A stretch of 64,000 nt of DNA from Tubulanus polymorphus (lineage: Eukaryota > Animalia > Nemertea). This document shows positions 49,400-61,577 of this stretch, piece after piece (within the stretch, counting starts at the first letter, position 1; every line of letters starts with the position of its first letter). The position numbers and the translations under genes were made by a program. The stretch covers positions 16,610,950 to 16,674,949 of the forward strand of contig NC_134029.1 in assembly GCF_964204645.1 (NCBI RefSeq), in the 5' to 3' direction. The notes below the pieces were generated by a model. That model made no database searches and was not told the origin of the DNA. It saw nothing but the letters and a program-made list of their open reading frames with translations.

Positions 49400-51210
49400 A
49401 TAGAACAAAATATACGCAAGGGTGTAAGAATTATTGAAAATGATAACTCTGAAATTTTCTTGATCAAATTGCAAAAAAACTTTTTTAACCTTGATCGTGA
49501 CATATATATCTCCTTTGTTTATATAAGTGAACATGGTAAGAAAGGTGAGAATATTTTTGATTTACTTGAGTGATGTTGCAAAATTTTCAAAATGTGGTGA
49601 CTGCTTGACTTATGGGGATTTAATGCCCATACTGGCGTGCTACCTGACTTTTGTTGTGATGATTCTTCACCAGTTAATTCACTATTACCTAATTAGGTAT
49701 CAGATGTATTCCTCCCTAGACAAAATTGTGATCGTCGTGCTGTTCTAAACCCTAACCTGTCCTCTAAATTTCAAGAACTATCTACTGATCCTTGCGATAA
49801 TTCCATCCTTATCCAAGATATCACAGACATGCTGCACACTGCAGCTGATGTAGCAAATATTAAGAAGTCTGTACCCCAACCCAAATCAACTGGAAAAAAC
49901 CTACTAATAAAGTCAATGATAGCTTGAAATGGTTTGATGCTGAATGTCGCACTCTTTGGAAAGACCTAAAATCTCTAGGTTCCCAATTGGACAGAAAATT
50001 TGAAAATCTCTCCAATAATAGCCCTAGAAACTATTGGACACTGTTTAATCAGGTAAAGGCCCTTAATTCTAATAAGTCATCCAATACAATCTCGGCTACT
50101 CAGTAAATAGAACACTTTACATATTTATGTCAGTGATGTTGACAAGGAAACAGAAAAATTCATCACTGAAAATAGAGGAAAATCTTTCTGCGAGTTAAAT
50201 TATTCAATCACTGAACTAGAAATTTCTAAAAACATTAGTTTACTAAAAAAACGATAAAGCCGGTGGTACTGACATTTTATTAAACGAGATGATCAAAGCC
50301 AGCAAACCTTTTATTTTACCACTCAATGATTTCCTATGTAACGGAAGTTTCCCTGTTTTCCGGTGCTGTAATACTCTTACCCCTCTTCATAAGAAAGGTG
50401 ACCCCGCTAACTCTGGAAACTACAGAGGGATAGCAGTTGGCAGCAATCTTTGTAAACTATTTTGTATTGTCTTAAACAACAGACTTCTCTTTTCTTTGAA
50501 AAGGAAAATTTTATACCAAGTTGTCAAATAGGCTTCCACAAAGGTACACAAAGGGCAGACCATATTTCAACACTAAAAGCGATCATTGATAAATTCATAG
50601 ATAAGCTTTGTAAAAGCAAAGTTTATTGTTGTTTCGTAGATTTTGAGTCTGCTTTCAACTCTGTCCTCAGAAGGTTCTTGATCTATAAGCTACTCAAACT
50701 TGGTATTGACGGCAACATTCTCGCAACTATTGAGAGTATGTATTCAAATGTAAACTATTCTGTTAAACTCCAAAATGGCTTAACCCCTGAATTTCAATCT
50801 AAAGTCGGTGTAAAACAAGGCTGTGTTCTTAGCCCTTTACTTTTCAATCTTTACATCTCAGACCTACCCGACATCTTCAAAACTAACTCTGATCCATTGA
50901 AACTTCATGATAAAGCCATCAACTGTATTTTATATGCAGATGATTTAATAATTATTTCTAAAACTAGAAAAGATCTCCAATCAACGTTAGATAAACTCTC
51001 CGAGTATTGCAAGCAGTGGCAGTTAAAAGTTAATCTTAGCAAAACTGAGATAATAATAATTAATTCATCTGGCCGAAAAATAGATAATTATACCTTTACA
51101 TATAATGGCTACAACGTGAAGTAGGTGATACATACTGCTACCTCGGAATCGTCCTTAGTGCTAAGGGAACTTTCAAAAAACTTGTGATCATCTCACAGAC
51201 CAAGCAGACA
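49400..51210 (+). mobile_element. Decayed non-LTR retrotransposon ORF2 (APE remnant plus RT)
   Basis: GDFNA-like motif near 49615; NYRGI, QIGF, FVDFESAFNSV, GVKQGCVLSPLLFNLYI and YADD; many stops and frameshifts. Confidence 0.9.
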
Positions 51211-54200
51211 ATCACGGAGTGGTTTAATGGATGTGTTGAGGAAAGGTCACATACTCAGAATGATATATATGCATAAGTGATCGGGCCTCTTGTTATCATG
51301 GCCATGGAGAACAGGTGCTTGTTATATTGCGTGTGGGTAGATGGCAGGCTCAACGATTGGGTTTGGTACAGCATTGGGCGGGGTGTGACGTCAGTGCTCA
51401 GGTAATATAGGTGTGTAGAGGCAAATGCAGACCAAAATATAGCTGCATAGCAGTGATAACGGGTTTTCTGACACTGTGACTAAGGAGAATCGTCTGTCAG
51501 GCGTAATTTGTGTGTATGGGTTTCGGAAAAGCATTAGAGAAGGTACTACAAATGTTCATCAACGATTACTAAACAAGCTATTTGAATGTGGTGATGTGTC
51601 GGTTAAGGGCGAAATCAACGGACAGTCAGTTTCACTATATGGATATCATACAATCTAAAGTATATATATATAGTATAAATTAACAGTTTTAATACCGGAG
51701 GGGTACTAAAAGTTAACGCACAGTTTAATAGGGTTCATCGCACATATGAAATATATGTCAGTAGTTGAAGGATGAATATTTCAAATGAAAGTTATATGGT
51801 ATCGCGCAGCTTAATTATACCACAATATAGCAAGTGCACAGTTCAAAAATATTGCAGCTCGAAGTGTATGTGGTTTTATAAATAGGAATTGAATTATCCG
51901 TTAAGGTGAATTTATTTTATTCTAGGTACGTATATTAACCGCATGGTCATGTTTTACAGCCTGTAAATTCCCACTATCACACACCTGTGTTCTAATCTTT
52001 GTTTAATGTATTGAGTAACATCCCATTAGCCATTTCCTCATCTATTTTAGGGGATAACTCTGCCAATCGCCCTAATTTCCATTCAAGCACATTTGCCTGC
52101 CCGGTGTTTTGATATGTAACAAATGCATTTGTAATGTTTTTACAGACCGGTGGAAATAACAATGGCGTTGGGGGCCTATCATATACGTTATCATTTGTCC
52201 CTAAATGGTTGCCTGGCATAACAATACGTCAACCTAATCATGTTGCCTGTGACACATTACTGTGCTATTGTTTACGTACATGACAATTTCATGACGAAAT
52301 TATACTTCACGCAAAGACAAGCTATGATTGCATAACTTGGCACACACCATGCAATCTAACACCATCGCACTTGCATCACAAAATACTCATCGTATTATTG
52401 AGTCAACACGATTAATTCCATCTACTAGCACATTCGTGTACAAAATGGCCAAGGAAAAAATGGCCATGGAAAAAAGGCAATAAGGCATTTGAAAATTTCG
52501 TATGTAAAAGCAATAGAAATATAGTTGAGAACTGAAATGAATTCTAGGGATGAAAGTTATGATGTAACGCAACGAAATGGTTGATTATACACTTAGAAAT
52601 TAGCAGTGGTATAGGAATGAATAGAATGAGGAATATATCGTTGAGAGAAGTGAAAATCTCAATGTGGGGATCAGTACATACGTCTGTCGCAAGTGATATG
52701 ATTATCATTAAAAATGTAGTTGAAAGGAAGCAGGAATGGGTGTAATAAATTCATATTTGTGGCCTGTGGATGGAAAGGTGGAGGTGAATCTCAATAGCCG
52801 TGTATGATGTAATTATGATAATCATGATGATGGTTAAATGTCTTTAGGCGAAGATAAGCGCAAATACATAACCCGCTATTGGTATCAGGGAATAATCCTT
52901 CCCGGAAAAAAATTCCGCGGTAAGAATCACCTCGGTAAAAATCCCCCTAGGAAAAAATTCAATATAATACTTCAATATCATTGTGTTGAGAAACTATCAT
53001 AGTTTTTAAAAATTTGAAATTTTCCGTGACGTTTTTCACAATAATCTTCTTGGATAATCTGTGAATTTTAGGAATCTATTTTACCTATAATCATTTAGAG
53101 ACAATGCCTTGGCGGTCTTGTCCGGGGCCGTGCGTTTGTTTGGTGGCCGCGGCCGGGGGCGTGTTGCTGTGGCAACCCAAAATGATATCAGGTAGGGTAC
53201 TGCAATGGGCGGGGCGTGACGTCAGTGCGCGGGTAATATAGTGTGTAGGGGTGGTGAATCGATCATAGTGTGTTGTGTATAGCTATCAAATCAATAGTAG
53301 GCCTAGTGTGGATTAGTCGAAATAGACGAATAGATTCAGTGGTTAGAGCTTGTTTGTGGTGATCGTATAACAGCGTTGTGGATAGTGTCGTGCTTGAGCA
53401 GTCGGCAGTGTCGTGGAAGTGAGAAGTAGTGAGTGGTTTATAGGAATTAAAGGCCTGGTAAGTGTTTGGGGGTATAGAGCCAGAGCACAGGGATTTGACA
53501 AAAAAATTTTTGATCCCAGTATCCTAGGTACTTTATATAAAAAAACAGGTGGGAGCCAACTCCTCGTTGCTATGTCACTTCAACAGTTCGTAACTTTCTT
53601 ATTAATAATCCAATCTGCTTCAAGTAAGATTATTCAAAAAGATAACGAATATCTGCATTAGACCGAGTAGATTGCAAAGGATTTGAGTGCCTTTAGGATC
53701 GTTAAATCGTGTGATTAATTCGAAAAAATTGGCAAAATCCAGCTGGACCGCACCAGCCTGGAAGTAAAAATGACCATGGATTTTGAAAGCAAATGCCGCT
53801 CTGACCACTAATTTGGAACTGATTTTTACAAACGAGGCCTTTTCAGAAAGATATGACTGACATACTTCTAATTATCGTTATTTCCGTATTAATTGATAAT
53901 GCTGTCCGAAGGGAATATAAAATCGGACCGAGATTGAAAAACGGCTCCTTTCATTATCGCGGTCGCCGCATGGTGGTGCCAGCTGACAAGTATCGCGCTC
54001 AATGCCAACGCGATGCTTTCTAATCATATTTCACGCATTTTATGAATAATTACAATGCGCATCAAATATTCTAAGATTTATTACATAAATTTATGATATT
54101 ATGTCTAATTTGTGATGTGTTTCGGCGTCAAAAGTGTTTGATTTGAAATCGCGATTTTCGTATTTTTGCGGAGCTATGATTAATGGCGGCCGCATTGCTA

Positions 54201-54839
54201 CTTTGAAACCCGTTTTCGATCTTGGTCACGTTTTGTGTTTGGTACAGACAGGATTATCATTTGAATCAGAAATAAAGATATGCAGAGGTATGATCAGAGT
54301 CTAATCATTCCACAAAGCCCTTGTTTGTAAAAATCGGTTCAAAATTACTGGTCAAAAGCGCTGTTTGTTTTAAAAAATCATGGTCATTTTTCTTCCAGGC
54401 TGGTGCGGTACACCTGGATTGTGCTGATTTTTTTTCGGATTAATCGCACGATTTAACGATCTTAAAGGCACTCATATGTTTCTCAAACTACTCAGTCTAA
54501 CGCAGAAATTCGTTATATCTATACAATAAAAACGAACTGTCCGATTTTCTGAACCAAATTGAGCTTTACCTGGGCCACTCATGATAACAGAAATCGCCAT
54601 GGTCCTGCTTAACATCAATATAAATGCAGTGGTTGGCTTTTTAAGTGATTGAAAGCAACCAGGGGACTAGAATCATGGTCCTAAAATTAGTGAAATTTCA
54701 ATTGAATTTGACGGTAACTCCGCCTATCAATAAAATGTTGCAATACATGTAATGCACTGGTACGTGTCGCTGCGTAGCAACTGAAGATCAAACTATTGTT
54801 CTCGAGTAGCCGAGAAGTGCACTCAACGGCACGAGTCAT

Positions 54840-56667
54840 TTCGCGACATCATTCTCATACACTCGCGGAGATTTCTATTCACGCCATTCATGCCATTGTC
54901 CGTTCGCTGTTTTGTTTATTATCAGATCGTAAAACCATATCGATATTACAACGTCATTGAATTTGATCCTTCATTGTTCGCTTTCGAAGGTGAGTCATAA
55001 TTTCACACAATAAATGAAGACTGCATGTGCAACAAACAAAGTGATATTATTATACAATAAAAATAGACACACACGTGTGTTCCATTCCACTTCCGTTCGT
55101 GTGGATGGGACCATCTCATGTTTACCGTACATATAAAATCATGATTAAATGTAAAGAAAAGTAGGCTTAGGGCCTATAACTTCACAAATGCTACTAAATA
55201 AAGCATGTACAAATATTGTTATAAATAATAATAATATGGGGACAGGACTAGGAGGGTAGGCTGCCAGGTAGGGCCAGAGCCAGAGCATGAGAGGGGATCA
55301 TCTCATGATCTTATAATTAAAAATGATGATGAAGAAAAACCATACAAATACAATAGTATATCATCTTTTCATTCTTTTTTTTCAGATTTCCTTAGCAGCT
55401 GTTGTCTGAAGAAGACCGGACTGAGTATTGTTCAGCTAGAAATTTGAGATGTAAGTTTAATTCCTGCTTATTAAGGGACCATTTCATCTGTTTGCCGTGC
55501 TCATCATATCCTATAGGCTATACAGAAGGGGAATAAAAATAACTTACAATGGAACCATAATAGGCCTATGCCTATGGAAAATTTATTTTAATTAAAAAAA
55601 GATGGGGACCGGGGACCATCTCATGATATTGTAAGTTATAAACAGTAGAAGCATAGGCCTATGGACAATTTTAAAAAGATGGGGACCGGGGACCATCTCA
55701 TGATATTGTAAGTTATAAACAGTAGAAGCATAGGCCTATGGACAATTTTAAAAAGATGGGGACCGGGGACCATCTCATGATATTGTAAGTTATAAACAGT
55801 AGAAGCATAGGCCTATGGACAATTTTAAAAAGATGGGGACCGGGGACCATCTCATGATATTATAAGTTATAAACAGTAGAACCATAGGCCTATGGAAAAT
55901 TTATTTAATTTTTATAAAAAGATGGCCTGGACCGGGACCATCTCATGATCTTATAAGTTGTAATTGAATGTACCGTATATATAACAAAATTAGAATATAG
56001 TGATTATTGTGATGATGGAGAAAAACTTATTTAATTTTAAAAAGAATATTAAATTTTAATCTCATGAATGGCTACTGGGACTATGGAGAAAAAACGTAAA
56101 ATTTGTATATCATTTTTTAATTCTTTTTTTCAGATTTCCACATCTGTTGTCAGGAAGACGAAGAACTACTATTCAGCTATTTACAAATTTGAGATGTAAG
56201 TCTAATTCCTGCCTCAGACATCCACAGATCAAGGGACCATTTCATCTGTTTATGCTCATACAGATCAAGGGACCATTTCATCTGTTTATGCTCATCGTAT
56301 AACAGGGAAAATTGTACAAAAAGGGAATACATGTGTATAATAAATTAGATAATGAAACCAAAAATTAATTTTAATTAAAAAAATATGGGGACCATCTCAT
56401 GAATCTTATGATTAATCTATTAATGCATAAAATAAAATGATTATGATCGAGATAAACACAAACACATACAAGTAGATTTTCTGTTGTCAAGCCTGTTGTT
56501 ATTGTTGTCTGCCGTGTACTATTTTTGGTGTAAAATCCCCAGCTGCTTCAGACATCCAAAAATCAAGGTTTATCCTCATCATATAATAGGGAAAATTAAT
56601 TAATAATTGTGGGTCATTATAATAGATTTATAAATACATTGTAATTATTATTATATTTCAGATCACC
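54840..56667 (+). other. Predicted spliced non-coding leader of the Helitron transcript
   Basis: Donor AAG|GTGAGT at 54989/90. Mini-exons 55386-55450 and 56134-56195, each TTTTCAG|...GAGAT|GTAAGT. Acceptor TTTCAG| at 56661. TSS position is approximate. Confidence 0.6.
55555..55960. repeat. 77-bp tandem array (~4.5 copies) inside the Helitron
   Basis: GATGGGGACC starts at 55601, 55678, 55755 and 55832. Each unit has AGATGG..CCATCT and CATAGGCCTATG palindromes. Confidence 0.95.
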
Positions 56668-57222
56668 ATGGCATCATCTTCATCAGCATCGACAAAAGTG
56701 CCGCCACATTGCAAGCTGGCAAGACTAAATAATAAAGTAGGTCAAATAATTGACAACACAGCTATGAACCTGGCAGCTTATGAAACTTTTAAATCATCTG
56801 ATGTAAATGGAGGGCGTAAAGTCGCTATAGGGTTGCCGTTACTAAGAAAAACATTAGAAATGCAGAAAACTGAGATCTCTAGAAAGATAAATTCTATTAA
56901 ACAGGAGGTATACAATATGTTTGTGCACAACAAGGCTGCGGCAGCGGCCACTGTGAAACCTAGACCCAGCACGTCAACCCCAAAAAAATCAGCCCCACCG
57001 CTGATAGATTCCTCTGAAGATGAAATCCTTTCGAGATCATACGACCAAATAATGAGACCCGAGGATGTTGAAATTGGACAACCTCAACCCGAGGATGATG
57101 TTGAACAACCTATGTCTGTTAAATCGGAGTCAGTAAAATCCGATGAGCCAATGTCCGTGAAATGTGACAGCGAGGTTGATGATATGGAGGTCATGTCGGC
57201 CAAGTACGATGAGAGAAATTGA
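56668..57222 (+). CDS. Helitron-borne hypothetical protein, 184 aa (helical N-half, acidic disordered C-half)
   Basis: Intact ORF, Kozak ACCATGG, acceptor 6 nt upstream, AATAAA at 57263-57268. No homolog recognised. Confidence 0.7.
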   Translation: MASSSSASTKVPPHCKLARLNNKVGQIIDNTAMNLAAYETFKSSDVNGGRKVAIGLPLLRKTLEMQKTEISRKINSIKQEVYNMFVHNKAAAAATVKPRPSTSTPKKSAPPLIDSSEDEILSRSYDQIMRPEDVEIGQPQPEDDVEQPMSVKSESVKSDEPMSVKCDSEVDDMEVMSAKYDERN

Positions 57223-57347
57223 TTGTTTTTTAACCCTGTAACTTTTGTACTTTTTTTATGAAAATAAAAGTTTCACTTTAATTTGACTTTTTATCTTTGT
57301 GCAATCTTTGTATTTTTTAGTGAAGCTAGGGTCCTCATCCATTCAAA

Positions 57348-60300
57348 ATGCCCACCCCTAGGAGACGGCAAATTGGAAGACGAGCGAAGCGAAGAGTCCA
57401 ACACCCGTCTACACCACCAATAGTAGTGGATCCGACACCACCAGCACTACAATATGAAAGACATTCATTTGAATCCATTACAGATGTTGGGACATTGGAC
57501 ATTATTTGTTCTTTCTGTGGTGCCAAAAAATTTATTGGTGAACCTCCTTCATTGTGTTGTATGGGTGGCAAAATATCCTTGCCTTTATTCCCAGAGCCAC
57601 CACCATATTTGGCAAATTTATTCAGTGGGGGTAATAGTGAGGCAAACCACTTTTTGAATAACATAAGGTCATTCAACAATATCTTCCAGATGACCAGTTT
57701 TGGCCATCGTCTCCGTGCAATTACTGGCTGGAACCCTACATTCACTATTCAGGGTCAAGTTTGTCATAGAATTGGCGCCATGTATCCTGATGATAACTGT
57801 CAACCACAGTTCCTTCAGGTATACTTCATGGATAATGAAGCAGAGCAGCGTGGGCGTCTTCATCAAATAGGGTCAAATTTACAGCCCCAAATCATCGATA
57901 AACTGTCTGATGAACTTGATATGTATAATCCTTATATTAAAGATTTCAAATGTGCCAGAGAACTCATAAACGATAATAGTGAAAATCTAAGCATTATCAT
58001 TGAGGAGAATAGGAAACCTCCTGGTGAGCACACCCGTAGGTTTAATGCCCCAACTTGCTCTGAAATAGCAATTTTGATGCCCAATGAACCAGCTCACCAT
58101 CGAGATATTGTAATCTCACAGCGCAGTGGCCCTTTGAAACATATCTCTGAGTTACATCGGTCATACGATGCCCTGCAGTATCCTTTGCTACTGCCACACG
58201 GTTCTGATGCCTATCATGTTTACATCCGCACGCCCCAGAATAAAAAAGTCTCTCAGCTACAGTTTTATTCATACCACCTTATGATTCGCAAGGATATCAA
58301 TTATATTCTCTTAGGTAGGCGACTGTTCCAACAATATTTAGTTGATATGTATTGTAAAGTGGAGAGTGAACGATTGAATTGTATACGCCGTGAACAGAAG
58401 TCGCTTCGAGCCAATACATATGAAGATCTTAGAGATTCCCTTATCACCAATGACCACAATCCATCAACAGTAGGTACTAAAGTTATACTGCCTGCGACAT
58501 TTACAGGAGGACCACGTTATATGCATGAGAGGTAGATGGACGCTATGGCATATGTCCAAAAATTTGGCCGTCCTGACCTGTTCATCACAATTACAACAAA
58601 TCCTAAATGGTCAGAAATAACATCACAACTACCACCCAATGTGTCACCCCAGGATAGACCGGACATTGTAGCCAGAGTTTTCAGACTCAAGCTCCGCTCT
58701 TTGCTCAATGCTTTCAAGTCCGGTTGCTTTGGTACTTTGGCAGCTTGGTTGTATTCCATAGAATACCAGAAACGAGGCTTGCCCCATGCGCACATACTTC
58801 TATGGTTAACTCAGGGAAACAAGATTCATCCTGACAAAATTGATGAAGTTGTATGGGCCACTATTCCATGTCCACACTCTGAACCAGAACTTCATAAAAT
58901 CGTTACCAAGAATATGGTTCATGGGCCTTGCGGTAACAAATCGGCATTCCCCATGTATGATCAACAGTAGCTGTTCAAAAAGCTTTCCAAAGCCTTTCCT
59001 AGAACATACAGAATTGGGGAATGATGGTTATCCAAAATACAGACGCCCTTCACCAGAGTGTGGGGGTCATACAGCTACAATACCTGTAACAATTAATGGC
59101 AAAAGGCAGACATATGAAATTGATAACCGATGGATTGTTCCTTATAACCCATGGTTAATAAGGAAGATTGATGCACATGCCAATGTAGAGTTGTGTATGT
59201 CTATCAAAAGCATTAAATATGTTTTGAAGTACATAACAAAAGGAGCTGATCGAGCAGTTTTTGCTGTTGCAACTGACGAAGTGTCTAACTTTCAACATGG
59301 TAGGTATGTGGGGAGCACAGAAGCAGCATGGCGTTTATTTGAGTTTCCAATGCATGAACACTACCCATCAGTGGTTCAACTAGCAGTACATTTAGAGAAT
59401 GGACAGCGAGTGTACTTCACTGAAAGCACTGCCATGCAAGCGGCACTCAATGAGCCACCCAAAACCACTTTGACTGAATTCTTCTCATTATGCCAACGTG
59501 ACACATTTGCACAAACCCTGCTTTATGCAAAGCTACCGACGTATTATGTTTGGCAAAAAGCAACAAAAACATGGACCAGAAGAAAACGTGGGACACCCCA
59601 CTCCTGTCACCCTGGAATATTCTCTACAGACTGCATAGGACGTGTTTACACTGTTAGTCCTAAACTATCTGAATGCTACTTCTTGCGACTTTTGCTGCAC
59701 TATGTCAAAGGACCAACATCTTTTGCTGCTGTTCGGACTGCAGATGGACAGACATTCGATTCATATCGTGAAGCTTGCCTACAACAGGGTCTAATTGAGA
59801 ATGATGACCACCTCCTGCTTGCATTAACTTAAGCTGCTATATGTAAATCACCCCGTGTTCTACGCTTGCTGTTTGCCGTAATTTTGACATCATGTGAACC
59901 GTCAAAACCACTAGGCCTTTGGCAAGCCCATCGGGACTCATTATCAGAAGACTTCCTCCATGAACAAAGAATAAACAGTGCCAAAGAAGACATGCCATAT
60001 AGCAATAGCATATATGGCATGGCTCCGATTGACATTTCGAATCGTGTCCTTCAAATTTCGGGAAAACCACTTGATACCTATGGTCTACCCATGCCTACTG
60101 AAGCACCTTCACAGCAGCTCTCAAGAGAATATGCTGCGCAGATTGCATATGACCGTGATGAACAATTACATATCTATCAACAGAACATAGAAAATCTGAC
60201 AGATGAGCAAGGAAAGGTTTTCGACAGCTTCATTTCTTTACTTTACTTTCATCAGGCTCCCATGGAATTATTTTCCTTGATGCACCTGGAGGAACTGGCA

Positions 60301-61577
60301 AAACCTATCTGTTGAATTTGCTACTTGCATTTATTCGCTCCCAAGGCAACATCGTGTTGGCAACAGCTTCCAGTGGAATAGCAGCAACACTCTTAGCCGG
60401 TGGAAAAACAGTCCACTCAACATTTAAAGTACCGTTAGATGTACATCGACAAGACAAGCCAATGTGCAATATACCCATGCAGTCTGCCCTAGCTTCTGTC
60501 ATCAAAGATGCATCTGCTATCATTGTCGATGAGGCACCAATGCAAGACAGAGTTGTTTTTGAAACACTCAACCGCAGCTTGCAGGATATCCGTTCAAATG
60601 AATTACCAATGGGAGGAATACCTACATTGCTCTGTGGGGATTTCCGTCAGATTCTTCCTGTTGTAAGGAATGGGACAAAGGCAAACATAATTGATGCCTC
60701 ATTGAAAAAATCGAGTTTATGGGCGAATGTTACAGTTCACCATTTGAAAACCAACATGCGTGTACACCTCCACAATGATCGCGATACCGAGTGTTTCGCG
60801 CAGTTTCTTATGGATGTGGGTAATGGAACCTATCCTATTATAGAACAACCTGATTTCATTAAATTGCCTGATACTATCCACACAGTTGGTAGTACTGACG
60901 AAATGATCAATGCTGTGTATCCTAATCTGCAGACACAATACTCAAATCATACGTGGTTAGCTGAGCGAACAATTCTTTGCCCCCTGAATGAAAATGTGAA
61001 TACCATCAACTTCAAGATAATGCCTGACTTCCCTGGTAACATGCACACTTACAAGTCGGTGGATAGTACACTCACACCTGATGAGGCAATACATTTCCCT
61101 GTTGAATTCCTGAATACCCTTGATATTCCAGGACTTCCACCACACACACTTCATTTGAAAGTAGGTGCACCAATCATCGTTTTGCGCTCCCTAAACCCTC
61201 CCCACATAACCAATGGAACTCGATGTGTAGTGAAACATCTTCACCCAAATGTTATTGAGGCAATCATTTTGACTGGTCCATCTAAAGGTCACACAACGTT
61301 CATCCCTCGCATTCCTCTTATACCATCTGATAGTGACCTTCCCTTCCAGTTTAGACGGCTCCAGTTCCCTGTTAGACCGTGCTTTGCAATGACTATAAAT
61401 AAAGCACAAGGACAGACATTCACTGCAGTTGGCATTGATCTAGACAACCCCGTCTTCAGCCATGGCATGTTGTATGTTGCCCTATCACGTGTAGGCACAC
61501 CATCTTCACTCTTTGTTTACTCTTCAAATCCAGCTCAAATCAAAAACATTGTGTACCCAGAGGTATTGGGTGGATAA
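57348..61577 (+). pseudogene. Helitron RepHel (Zn motif, HUH Rep, PIF1 helicase) with 2 stops and 2 frameshifts
   Basis: CSFCGAKKF..CC; DLFITITTNPKW; EYQKRGLPHAHILL; KYVLKYITKG; DAPGGTGKT; IVDEA; GDFRQILPV; FAMTINKAQGQT; YVALSRV. Stops at 58533 and 59830; shifts near 58940 and 60250. Confidence 0.95.

Noticed and set aside
42295-53250. LTR pair suggested by repeats AAAATATAGCTGCA..GATAACGGGTTTTCTGA (42299, 51434) and GGGCGGGG.GTGACGTCAGTG (51376, 53207)
   Set aside because: Matches are short, lack TG..CA ends, PBS or PPT, and look like ends of dispersed repeat families.
55555-55960. CRISPR-like array (palindromic repeats at fixed spacing)
   Set aside because: Whole units are identical, so there are no unique spacers; no cas genes; eukaryotic context.
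57335-61498. Antisense ORFs over RepHel (e.g. 57335-57745, 58517-58795)
   Set aside because: Shadow frames of a long coding sequence with no independent signals.
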